A DNA stretch of 64,000 nucleotides from Hamiltosporidium tvaerminnensis FI-OER-3-3 (lineage: Eukaryota > Fungi > Microsporidia): assembly GCA_022605425.2 (NCBI GenBank), contig CM061254.1, positions 434,001 through 498,000 on the forward strand. Reading direction: 5' to 3'. Below are positions 27,000 through 38,257 of the stretch, in pieces (within the stretch, counting starts at the first letter, position 1; the number at the start of each line of letters is the position of its first letter). The translations under genes were made by a program, and so were the position numbers. The notes beneath the pieces were generated by a model that did not search any database, was not told the DNA's origin, and saw nothing but the letters and a program-made list of their open reading frames with translations.

Positions 27000-27815
27000 A
27001 TGCTTTCAGAAAATATAAAACCACCAAGAGATCACAATCTTCCCCGTTTTTTAACGATTTCAAGATCCAGACAGTCTAGGTGGTATAAATCATGGTATAT
27101 AAAAACAAAGAAATTTTTATTCAAACATCTATTCTTCGTTGTATTCGTTATGATTGATTTAATGATAGTTTGTACTTTAGAAATAATATATAAAGAATAT
27201 TTACAAGTTAGAATACTATTTTTTGTTGCGCTCGTTCATGTTTATCAGAGAGTGTATTTTCCTGCTATAGATTTTCATTTTTATAGCCATCTAATACCTA
27301 AAGATAGATACATGCTCATTCTCAGAATAGGTATGTTTTTTACATATTTCATACATTCTTTGTCTAATTTTTCTACGGAAAATGAATTTTTAATTAATTT
27401 AAGAATTTATAACAGGTTATATGCCGCGGTTTTGGGTAATCTCTGGTCTTTATCGTCATTTTTAATATTTTATTTTACAATGAAATTTTTTCCAAATTTT
27501 CTAATCGAATTTCGAAATTCTCAAAAAATATTAATTGCAGCTTTGATTGCTTTAATCTTCTTCTTCCTGGTTCATCAGTATGATTTAACTTATTTGCTTG
27601 CAAATATTTTTGTAAATTTCGATTTTATGGCGCTATTACCCTCCTATATAATTGTCGGTTTAATTATTTATATTGATCCTGAAATTTCGGATGAAAATCA
27701 TAATACTCTGTATGATATTTTCTATTCACTGATTTATGCCTCTATGCAGTGGCCATTTTTGGTTAATATATTAAAAAATATATATTCAAACTTAATTTTC
27801 CGATCAAAAACTTAA
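27000..27815 (+). CDS. Multi-pass membrane protein family paralog 4 (271 aa)
   Basis: Intact ORF with WYKSWY..TKKF, IDLMIV, RILFFVALVHVYQ, LLPSYIIVGL, MQWPF. Confidence 0.9.
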   Translation: MLSENIKPPRDHNLPRFLTISRSRQSRWYKSWYIKTKKFLFKHLFFVVFVMIDLMIVCTLEIIYKEYLQVRILFFVALVHVYQRVYFPAIDFHFYSHLIPKDRYMLILRIGMFFTYFIHSLSNFSTENEFLINLRIYNRLYAAVLGNLWSLSSFLIFYFTMKFFPNFLIEFRNSQKILIAALIALIFFFLVHQYDLTYLLANIFVNFDFMALLPSYIIVGLIIYIDPEISDENHNTLYDIFYSLIYASMQWPFLVNILKNIYSNLIFRSKT

Positions 27816-30630
27816 AATTTCATAAAAAATAAATTATTCGTGAATTTTAATTACTTTTTTTAAGTTTAGATTTCTTTTAAACATTTTTCACTGTCTTCCT
27901 ATGTAAACCTGATTTTAAACTTTCATAATAAAATAATCTAGCTATTTATGGTTTATAACATAAAGATACATAATATTCGATATAAAATTTATTGGTACTT
28001 TTTTTTATGAAATCATACATCTAGTAAAGTTCTTTAATTATAAATATATAATTAAGATCTTTCTATCTTAATATTGCTAAATATAGTTAAATATGCGGCA
28101 GATAATATCCACCGATAAGTTTTCTTATCATTCCAAATGATCATTTTACTAATAGTTTTCTTTTTTGTCTTAAATGTATAAATATATGGTAGAATTGACC
28201 TGTAAAACAATAATTTTTATTATGGTCATTCGAATTCTACAATTTTTTTTTGGTTTTAGATTTATGTAATGAATAATTCTTTTTGTAGGAAAAAAACGTA
28301 TATTATTTTGTTACATGGGTTTTATAAAGATAAATTTCTTAATACTCTATAAAAATTTTTGGAATATCTGTATTCTAAATTTTAATGTAAAAAGATTGTA
28401 GAATGTATCTGATACGTGAGTCAGAGGCTCGAAAATTAGTTGTTTACGTTTTTGGTATGAAATTCCTCTCTAAGATCAACACTGGACTCTCTTAAGTCCG
28501 AACAGCATGTACTCTTGTTCTAGGCGTACTATTTGAATAAGCTTAAATCCAAGAAATATCTGGGGAAGCAATATAGGGTCTATCATCAATGTTTGAAAAT
28601 ATTAGCAATAAGCATAAATGCTACTTAGCATCCTAACTTTTTTATGTGTGTATTTTTTTCGTAACTCAAGGTACCAAGCTTATATCGCTAGTAAGCAAGT
28701 CTCGAGTTCTATACTTTATAGCCAATTACCTAAAATATTTGTTGTAGCCTCTAACTTACTCCTATAAAATAACCAGAAAAATGTTTGTAGTATATTCAAA
28801 TTTTATAGATTTTTTCTTCTTTCTACAAATTTTTACGTTACAGACGTAAATATAGTGTGGATTACCGAGCACTAAAAAGGTAACTTTTTTCCCATGGTGT
28901 TTTCTTTTAATGTTGCCAAACACATAGATTTTAGTTCGGCTATCCTTTCTCATCTAAAATCTTTTGATTTATATGTTTTTAGTACTCTACTGCACTATAT
29001 GGAGTTATTAAATGTTTTTCTAGAGCATAATTCTTATTATTGTTTAAATCCCAATGGTGGAAGAAAATGAAACATAAAAACTGAAAGATGTAAACAAAAG
29101 ATAGTTTTTTAATAATAAATTTATTTTACAGCTTCCAAAATCTTTTATTTTAAAGAATGAGCCTGTATAATTAGCCGCCCTATTATCTCAGTTACCTCGA
29201 TAGAGATTACGACAAAAGAAGATCATTGGTTCGAGACCACCAAAACAATTTTAGAAAAATTGGTCCCGGATATTTTCTGCAATCTCTGAGTAGAAATGGG
29301 GGTAAAAATCAGAATAAAAAAATCGTAAAACCAAGATAATAGACCGTATATGTTTATCTTATTGAATACCTAAACCTGAAAAAAGAAATTCTAAAGCTCT
29401 TTCGCAGAAGGTACATCGACTAGTTATAGCAATAAAAATTTTAGCATTGGTGCTTTACAGATGTCAAATTTGCAATGGACGGTTGTACATCTTCTTACTG
29501 CACAACTGATCTATTATTACAAAATATAACAAAATGATTTTTAAAATATCAGAGAAAATTAAACGAATTTATAGATATAAAAAATTTAAATGTTTAAGTA
29601 AGACGGTTAAAACTTCATATTTATGGTCTATAAGGTGAGCCAGAGTATAACATGCATTCGTATTAGAGCCATAAGTTCAAATATTGACATATTACTAAAA
29701 CACCGTCAAAATTTATTGTCTTTATCAAATTCAATATTTTATGCTATACCAAATATATGTTAATTCTGTTAAAATCGTAAATATTTATCGACGAATTTTA
29801 GTAGCCTATCTCGAAAAATGAACACCATCAATTCAAAATTTAGGCCGGATATGAAGAAAGAGCCTAATGAAACGCTAAAAGGATATATTAATACGAAACA
29901 AGTATACAAATACCAACTAATCATATATGTATCTTTAATCAATTATCTTATAAATCTTCAAGTCACATTTAGCTTGAGAAATTTTTTTTAAGCCGTTAAA
30001 ATATCAAAGTTTTTAGTTTTTTTTTTACTTTAGAAATGTTTTATAGATCTTTATTTTCTAGAAGTTAAACATTTAATTCTCTTAAAAATTCATTTTTCGA
30101 ACAGATTCTTGGATTTAATAATGAAATTGAATTTGCTTTTACTACTTTTTTGATTATTTGGTGGCTTTTAAGGATTATTAAAAATTTCTTGAGCTCTTAT
30201 GTTCTTTAATTTTTATTGCGAATTATAATCATATGTAGTGCATTTAAAATTTATTATCTTCGCCTTAAAACTCATTACATAATCTATTTATTTATTGAAA
30301 AAAAGTTGCTTTTTAGCAATTTTGAGATTAAATATAATAAAAAAAATCGCTATAATAAAGAACTGTCCCAAAAAGATATATTTATACAATCAAATATAAA
30401 ATGATTTCTAAATCTTTATTTCATTCAAAAATTCCCTGAGAAATACATGAAGATGTTTCTAATATATAATATTTTTAATTTAAACCATTTAGCTCAATGG
30501 TTGAATTTGCCTAGTATTATTATTTGCTATTCGATTTTTATAAATTTAACAATTAAAGATGTATTCATTTTCTATTATCATAGATTAAATTAATTTTTGA
30601 ATATTTAATTAAAAAAATTTATTTGTAAGT

Positions 30631-31491
30631 ATGCTTAGTAAAAGAAAATTAGCAGCTTTACGAAAGAAAGACCAACCCTTTTTTCTTATTTCAAGACTAA
30701 AACAACCCAAATGGCATAAATTGTGGTATCGAAGAGCAAAGAATTTTATATACAAACATCTGTTCTTTGTTTTCTTCGTTATAATTGATTTAATAATCGT
30801 TTATTCACTAGAAAAAATTTTCAATGGAAATATACGAATTCGAATTCTGTTTTTTGTTGCGCTTATTCATGTTTATCAGAGGGCATACTTTTCTATAATT
30901 AATTTTAGTTTTTATAGTCAGTTAATACCTAAAAATAGATACGAGGTTATTCTGAGAATCGGTATTCTTTTGACGTATTTAATGCAAACCATAGGTGATG
31001 ATTCTACGAGAAACAATATCTTTGTTAACTTCAAGATTCATAACACGTTTATTGCTGCAATTTTAGGTAGCCTTTCGTCTTTTTTATCCTATATATTATT
31101 TCATTTTACGATGAATTTATTCCCAGTTTTTCTGAAAGAATATCAAAATTTTCCAAGAATATTAATTGCAACGTGGATTGCTCTTTTTTTCTTTGTCTTG
31201 GTATCTTGCTATGATTTAAACAGTTTTCTGGTTTATATTTTAGCAGAACTTGAATTTCTATTACTATTGCCTTCCTATATAGTTGTTGGTTTAACCATTG
31301 CCATCAATCCGTATTTTAGACACTTAAGACGTAATTATTTACACGATATTTTACGATCCATAGTTTATATTTGTATACAATGGCCATTTATTGCTAATAT
31401 TTTTAAAAGTATTTACTCGAGATTTATTCTTCCTCAAATGAACTTAAACGCATGTAAAAACAGTTCACTAAACTTAAATTTAATGGAATAA
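30631..31491 (+). CDS. Multi-pass membrane protein family paralog 5 (286 aa)
   Basis: Intact ORF, closest to paralog 4 (KHLFFV, RILFFVALIHVYQR, LLPSYIVVGL, IQWPF). Confidence 0.9.
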   Translation: MLSKRKLAALRKKDQPFFLISRLKQPKWHKLWYRRAKNFIYKHLFFVFFVIIDLIIVYSLEKIFNGNIRIRILFFVALIHVYQRAYFSIINFSFYSQLIPKNRYEVILRIGILLTYLMQTIGDDSTRNNIFVNFKIHNTFIAAILGSLSSFLSYILFHFTMNLFPVFLKEYQNFPRILIATWIALFFFVLVSCYDLNSFLVYILAELEFLLLLPSYIVVGLTIAINPYFRHLRRNYLHDILRSIVYICIQWPFIANIFKSIYSRFILPQMNLNACKNSSLNLNLME

Positions 31492-31689
31492 ATATCAATT
31501 TGTGAATGTCTTAAAAGCTTTTTTAAAATTTTAAATTTCTCGGACTATATTTCTTATAGAAGATTTTTAAATATTTAAGTATCTTTATCTGTTTCTTTAA
31601 TTTTATTACAAAATATAATAAATTGTGTTTTCCTAGTTATGTTTTTAAATCATGTATTAAGTATAATTATTTCAGATATTTCATATTGA

Positions 31690-33020
31690 AATCCAACATA
31701 AAATACATCTTCACCCAGGATGTAAAGAAGGGCTTGTTCTTTCCTAGAACAGCACTTAAGAGAGGCTTACATTGTGTTGAGTTGCGAAGCAAACATATGC
31801 TTTTGTAACTCAGGCATTATCTAGAAAAAAATGATGAAATATTCACGTACGAACAGCCATTCTAAAAGTAGAAAATACTAATAAAACTTAGTTTGCACTA
31901 AACAAAAGCTTCTTAAGAGTAAAGTATAGGTTGGTAGAAGAAGTCACGAAGAATAATTTAGAAGAATCTTATTTTGCAAGATTATATAACAAAAAATAAA
32001 AAATGATAACTTCCTTCAAAGTTATATAATGCAAGAAACACTGAGATATAAACGTTAGTGACTCTTTAAGATGTCTAAAAAAATAGAATATTAGGCCACG
32101 GGATGAAGCAGAGGGTTGCTATATTCAGGATAGGAATGTATTCTGGAGGCAGATGGTGTGTGTCGACACCGCGGCAAGTTTGGTAAAACTTTAGATCATC
32201 TAGCAACTCGATGTGAAAAAAGGCTAAGCTATGGCTATACTGGACAGCATAGTGAAGTGGATAGATAACTACACTTGCTTTTACTAAATAGATATAAGTT
32301 TAATCTACAAAAGGAATTAGGAGTCTCTCTGTTCAAGAGATTCTTGAAGACAAGCATGCAGAGATAAGATTGGATACCAAGAATAACTGATTTGAGAATC
32401 GGAATAATAGAGCTGGCACATTTATTTTAGCTAAGAAAAAGGAAACAACACTCATTGAAGAATAAATCACTTCTCAAGATCCAACTAAAATAGTTGAAAC
32501 TGTAAAACTTAGGATGTATGGCCTTCTCAATGATCTGGGTCTTATTTATAAGTTTAGTGTGAAAATAATTCCGTATGTGATGACTTGGGACGTTATTGGG
32601 GCAAAAAACCATGAGTTATACCCCAAAAAATGCAAATACCCATCGATGTAGAGGCATAAATTCAGTTCATGGTTCGTAGAAAGGCTAATCGAAACAATTT
32701 TTTTGATCACGAAGAAGACTCGAGTTGCGACCAAATGCCAAAGAGAACTGGTAAAGAGTGCCAATGGGTGTTGTTGAGAGAGCCGATATGCTAGAGAAAC
32801 CAAAAATACTTTTAAAACAGGGAATTAAAAAGGTAGATGTTGTCAAATATGGTAAAACAAAAAATAATTAACCTCTTATTTCAAAAGAAAAGACCACATT
32901 GAAGGAACCAACGATAAATTTAAATGAAGAGTCTAATCTAGAAGAAGAAAAGATAGTGGTTAAAAAGGTAGAAGGAAATTTATAGAAGTCATAAAGAATT
33001 TTTAACCCTGAATTTTATTA
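31690..33020 (+). mobile_element. Degenerate 3' fragment of an RLE-type (R4/Dong-like) non-LTR retrotransposon
   Basis: Broken frames give FPRTALKRGLHCVELRSKHMLL (RLYLPR..GRGL-like), YIQDRN, GKTLDHLATRCEK and IIPYVMTWD. Colinear with the 54287-55311 copy through the 3' UTR (taaccctgaattt vs aaacccagaattt). Confidence 0.85.
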
Positions 33021-34945
33021 GACAATATATAGAAAATGAATTAAATTACAAAAATATTTTCTAATAAATATAAAAAATAAAGAGATATTTTTTATACAAA
33101 AATGGTATTTCAATACTTGCTTGATATATTTTATCAAACCTATGATTTAGGATTCAATTAAAAACGATTTTTTTTAGAAAAATTATTAAAAACCGAAATA
33201 ATAAATAAAAAAGGTGCGGTGTACAATTATAGACTTATTACATTTTCATAATATTTCTTTTAAAAAACTAAATACTTAAAGAGTTTCTGTGTGTGATAGT
33301 ATATCTAGATTTTAAAAATATTTTTTATTTGATTATAATTTTAGCAATAGAAATTTGAAATGATTTTTTGTTATGTGTATGATCGAATTATTTTTTTGAG
33401 GATAATCTAAAATAAAAGAATATTTTTTAGATTCATTCTGATGTGGTTATTTCTTACTTTAAAAATATAATCTAATAGTTTGACTGTTTATTAGAATCTT
33501 GCACTATTAGAAATAATAGACATTCTTTCTTTATATAGACCATTGATTCGATCGGTAACGGTATTTTAATTGGTACAATTTATTTTGATTTTTGTAATAT
33601 TTGTAAAACAAAGTTTTAAATTTTTGATATGAAAATTACATTGAAATAATTCCAATTTCAGGTCTTTTTTTTACGTTTAAAACATTCAACTTAAGGTATG
33701 CCTATAGGAAACCCTGACTTACTAAAAATTGAAAAATTAAAATTATTTAATTAATAGTTATATTGGGTATGCAATTTCATATCAGAAAACATTAAATTGC
33801 TTTAGCTTTACCTCAATTTAAAATTATAAATGAATTTTGTTTGTAAAAATGATCTGAAATTACATATTATGAAGAAGTATATTTAAGACTTACACCAGAA
33901 GCATTACTATATCGTATAAAAAGTCTACTCTATAAAATTTTTGAAAACATTAAATATTCATATATTGTTCAATCATTAGTATACTAAAATTTATTTCTAA
34001 AAAAATAAAAGTACTTTTTCCCAAAATAAAATCTTATGGTTTTATCCAAGTTTATCACTTTTTTTTTTAGTAATTCGTAGTTTACAAATCAAATGAAAAT
34101 GTTATCTTATTATCTTAAGTATTATTTGACTGTGTGTGTAGTAGTTCTTTATTTTGTATCCAAAACTATGAGGTTATACCTTGAAATGAATAATGTTTTA
34201 ATTTGTCAGATTCTACTTTTAGTCTAAAATATAAATCGTATATATCAATTCACTCGACAAATTTTTTTTACATATATTTGAATCGTATTTTTGTAGCGCC
34301 TTTTCCGACAAATGTGTTGTTTTTTTGAGATAATTCCAGTTTGCAACATCATGTAACTCGTTTCCATCCAAATTTATCTATAAACTTTCTCTTTACGATT
34401 CGAAAGCCACAAATTATTTTTCACTATTTATACGTATGAAATTGACTCTTTTCTTTAGCAATATTCTAGCTCAAGATTATATCTGAATATATAATGGTTT
34501 AGTGAAATACCGTAGATAATAAACCAAAAATACGAATATAATTTAGTCGGTATTCCCTTAATTTCGTTATCCAAGTTATAAATTATGATTATTACGTTTA
34601 AACACGAAGTACTTCTAATAAAATAATATTTTACATTACAATATATAATATGATAGCAGATAGCAAAAATTTGTATCTTTTAAACCTTAAAAATATAATA
34701 AAATTTGCAAATCAATAAACTCACCCGATACACAAACAAAACACTATCCCATACATTACATCAAACTCCATAAATAATTGATGCTCCCATAAATATTGAT
34801 TTAAACAAAAAGATAAAATCCAATTACCTAAAAAGGGAAAATAATATCATGAAACATATTATATCCTGACACGTTTGAAATATTAGATAGAACCTGAAAT
34901 ATATAAATTAATAGGTAAAAAGCGAAACAGCTAGAAAATAGTCAT

Positions 34946-34956
34946 GTATATAAGGA
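34946..34956 (+). promoter_or_regulatory. TATA box (GTATATAAGGA) ~29 bp upstream of ATG 34976
   Basis: Canonical TATATAA at the expected spacing. Confidence 0.55.
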
Positions 34957-34975
34957 TATACAGCACAACACGTAA

Positions 34976-35974
34976 ATGTTACTTCTCTACATTATTATAG
35001 TAAGTAGTATAAACATACATGATTTTCTTGACAAAAAAGTTATTGTGACTCCGATCGATCAGATGAACCTGCACATGATTAGACATCAGCGAGGTCTAAC
35101 TTTACAGGAAGGAAGTGTTGTACCTAATAATATAGATAATGTATATATAAACAAAGTAGATAATAATATGTATAATGTTACTGTTGGTGGAGTACGTATT
35201 TGTCAGAAAAAGTCGAAAACGAAGCCTTTGGCTGATTGTTTACAAGGCGAAAATGTTAAGTTAACGTGGTATATCAAACCAAAGAAAGATGGATTTGCAT
35301 TCAAAGGTGATTATATTCTTTGGCCTTTAGATATTCGAAGAATGTGTATAACACGAGATGGTAATACACTTACTTTAGAAAAGTGTAGAAAAGATTACAA
35401 AAACCAAATTTTCCACATAGAACTTCAAACAGATGGCAAAAAGCCCAGTAACGACCTAAAAAAGAAAGAAAAGAAACCGTCATCTTCTTCATCGTCCTCA
35501 GACAGCGACGAAAATAAAAAAAAAGGCGGTCATCCTTCATCATCCAAACCAAGCCATGAAGACAAAAAAGAGCCAGAAATTTACGACCCCCAGGATCCAA
35601 AAGATCCGTCGTATATCGAGGCCCACAAACCCACACCTGATACACCAAAAGACCCCACCAACCCACAACAGCCCAACACACCAACAGATCCCAGTCACCC
35701 ACAACCCAAACCCGATGTTCTTAAAGACCCTGAATACAGCCCTCCAATAATAACAAAAGACGGCGATAGAGTAGATCTATCCGGTATAAAGTCCCCCAGC
35801 GGAAAAAAATGCGTCCGAAAAGTAATCAACAACTGTAAAGAATCTAAACCCGGTTCAGGAAAACCACATATAAGTTATAAGGCTATATCTAAACCATCAA
35901 ACACGTACCAACACTCCTCATATAGCGGAAGTTACCCGTCTAGTTATTCTTATAGTCATTACTATCACGGTTAA
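34976..35974 (+). CDS. Secreted ricin-B-lectin-like protein with Ser/Lys/Pro-rich C-terminal tail (332 aa)
   Basis: Short signal peptide. Beta-trefoil-like Cys/Trp pattern (RICQ..LADC...LTWYI; MCITRDGNTLTLEKC....NQIF) typical of the microsporidian RBL-like family. Followed by PxDP-rich and Ser/Tyr/His-rich tails. Confidence 0.8.
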   Translation: MLLLYIIIVSSINIHDFLDKKVIVTPIDQMNLHMIRHQRGLTLQEGSVVPNNIDNVYINKVDNNMYNVTVGGVRICQKKSKTKPLADCLQGENVKLTWYIKPKKDGFAFKGDYILWPLDIRRMCITRDGNTLTLEKCRKDYKNQIFHIELQTDGKKPSNDLKKKEKKPSSSSSSSDSDENKKKGGHPSSSKPSHEDKKEPEIYDPQDPKDPSYIEAHKPTPDTPKDPTNPQQPNTPTDPSHPQPKPDVLKDPEYSPPIITKDGDRVDLSGIKSPSGKKCVRKVINNCKESKPGSGKPHISYKAISKPSNTYQHSSYSGSYPSSYSYSHYYHG

Positions 35975-36493
35975 AACCAATTAGTTAAATATTTTCTATT
36001 CTTTTACTTATATTTATTTATATTTAGTTGTTTTTACTTAGATTTAATTGTTTTTGGTATATTTAGTGTTTTTAGTATATTTTAAGTATTTTTTTAATAG
36101 CTTTTATATTTAAAAATTTATATATCTACTATTATCATCATATCTACTATTAACATTATATCTACTATTAACATTATATATTCTAGTATCATTATTACTT
36201 ATATAATCATTATTACTTATATTATCATTTTACCTTCTCGTCAGTTCTATTACTTCTACATCTCGTCTCTTCTACTAATTCTATTACTTAAATTACTTAT
36301 AATTTTTAAATTACTTCTACTTATTCTAGTACTTATATTACTTCTATTACCCTTTGCCTTCACTTACTTCTATTTCCTTCTTTAATATTATTCTACTCCC
36401 ACTTACTTATATTTCCTCCTCAAATATATCTCTACTCCCCTACACTCACACACATCCCCACAAACATACCCTTCTCCATAATATCAAAATACA

Positions 36494-37099
36494 ATGATAG
36501 ACTGTATCTACACAAAACATATAAAACAAAAATCAAAAAAATGGTTAGATGGTTTCTTTACACACTCTAACAGTATACTTACACTATATAATACAGAAAA
36601 GAAAAAGATATACAGTTTTCGTATTAAATATATTGATAATGAAATCAAAACATCGATGTATCTTATTTACATCGATAATATTAAACAAGAAGATTTAAAA
36701 GTAGAATATAATAAAGAAGAAGATTTAAAAGAAGAAAATAAAGTAGATGATAAAAAGAATATAAGAGTAGAATATAATAGAGTAGATAATAAAATAGATG
36801 ATAGAGTAGAAAATAAAGTAGATAATAAAGTAGATGATAGAGTAGATACTAAAATAGATAATAAATTAGAAAATAAAGAAGAAGATTTCAAAGTAAAAAA
36901 ATATGAATTTAATAATATAATAAATGTAAAGAATAATAAACCAAATCTAAAGAATAATAAAATAATTAAAGAAGATAATAAAATAAATATTAAAGATACT
37001 AAAATATACAAAGAAGATAATAAAATCGAAGAACAGAATACAGAAAATAAAAGGAAACCAAGAAGTAACAAAGAAATATTAAATTTAATGAAAAAATAA
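36494..37099 (+). CDS. DUF2439-domain protein (ZGRF1/Mte1 N-terminal-like) with repetitive acidic tail
   Basis: CIYTKHIKQKSKKWLDGF matches the DUF2439 signature (LYT..K.K.K.WxDG). C-terminal R(K)PRSxxEIL motif. CCC motifs upstream. Confidence 0.75.
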   Translation: MIDCIYTKHIKQKSKKWLDGFFTHSNSILTLYNTEKKKIYSFRIKYIDNEIKTSMYLIYIDNIKQEDLKVEYNKEEDLKEENKVDDKKNIRVEYNRVDNKIDDRVENKVDNKVDDRVDTKIDNKLENKEEDFKVKKYEFNNIINVKNNKPNLKNNKIIKEDNKINIKDTKIYKEDNKIEEQNTENKRKPRSNKEILNLMKK

Positions 37100-37212
37100 A
37101 ATAATTGTATTTAGTTAATATAAATAAAACAATAAAGTTGTATTTATTTAAGATGGAATAAATAAAATAAGAATTTAATTTAGTTAATATAAATAATAAA
37201 TAAGTAATTTAA

Positions 37213-37940
37213 CTTTATTTAAAAGTATCACATCTTTTTAAAACAGTGGCAAGTGTTATATTTGTTTTCATGACATTAACGCAGTTCTAGGTTTAACATA
37301 AATGACTGCTACCCCAACGCTCCATCGGTAACCCCTGCGATACCTACGTCCCAAAGCCTTTCATCTACCAGGTGTATAGAACCTGATTAATAGGCGAGGC
37401 AGTTGCCCGGAGTTCGTTAATGTCCGTTGCATGGAGTGTGATCGAAGGCCGAAGCCCCCCTGGGCTCCCCCAAGACTATGCAGCATTCCTACTTACTCTA
37501 CACTTTCTGAACCCCATAAATTCTAGCTAAGATATATTTCAGAGACTTACATAGGGTCCACCTAGACAGTGCAATGTCATACCAACAGGTATAACCTGCT
37601 ACTTAGCTCTCCCGGCTTTTAATGGGTTTGATTTTTATATCTCCCAGGCGCTAAGTCTTCTAATCCGAGTAAGCAAGGCTAGGCTTTCATGCTTTTACAT
37701 GGCAATTACCTACATGTTCAGCTGCGGTCTGCAATCTGGTTGCATTAAAAACTAAAAATAAATTTGTAGAAAAAGTTTCTCCATCTCTTAGACCTCTCCT
37801 CCTCATAACAACTCCCATGGAACAACCGAAGATGTAGTGTGGTTGTATTCCCACCAAAAATCCAAACAATGACCTCACACCAGTTTCACACACTCATTGC
37901 CAAGCAGAAAGTTTTTTATGTGGTTATCCTCCCTCCACCC
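37213..37940 (-). mobile_element. ~730-nt non-coding SINE-like element, copy 1 (full length)
   Basis: Closely similar to 41785-42513, 59485-60211 and (inverted) 58040-58478. Flanked by 14-bp direct repeat AATAAGTAATTTAA (37199-37212 / 37941-37954). Confidence 0.9.
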
Positions 37941-38127
37941 AATAAGTAATTTAAATATTTAATTAATAATAAGTAATTTAATTTGTTTAATATAAATAAT
38001 AAAGTTGTATTTAATTAATAATAAGTAGTTTAATATAAATAAAAGAAAATAAAATAATAAAATCATGTATCCACCAATCACAATATAATATTTAATGCTA
38101 AATTCCTTAATACTTAACCCTATACCT

Positions 38128-38257
38128 TACATCACACATTCCCTATGAGAATAATTATACTCCCCCTCCTTAACAACACCTAACTATCTCTATACCCTAC
38201 ACCCTACATCACACATTCCCTATGACAATAGTTATACTCCCCCTCCTTAACAACACC
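38128..38257. repeat. 77-bp-period duplication of the Pcf11 3' end including its stop codon
   Basis: 38128-38180 repeats 38205-38257 (TACATCACACATTCCCTATGA...CTCCTTAACAACACC). The copy encodes GVVKEGEYNYSHRECVM*. Confidence 0.85.

Noticed and set aside
36667-37071. Antisense or overlapping ORFs within real genes (14495, 14714, 35370, 36667, 38209, 39071, 43323, 52082, 60233, 60426, 62144 and others)
   Set aside because: Shadow frames of genuine CDSs or of low-complexity repeats.
37528-37550. AAGATATAT and TCAGAGACTTA resemble group I intron S and R elements
   Set aside because: Wrong order and adjacent, on the inferred antisense strand, with no P7 pairing context.
37687-37893. Short ORF inside the SINE-like element (MGVVMRRRGL...), also at 42234-42443
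   Set aside because: Copy 4 has a stop right after MGVVMRRRGL and upstream frames differ between copies. No coding conservation.
37880-37940. Possible HDV-like, hammerhead or twister ribozyme at the element's 5' end
   Set aside because: No CUGANGA/GAAA core, no HDV L3 consensus and no twister core could be fitted by eye. Left as an untested possibility.
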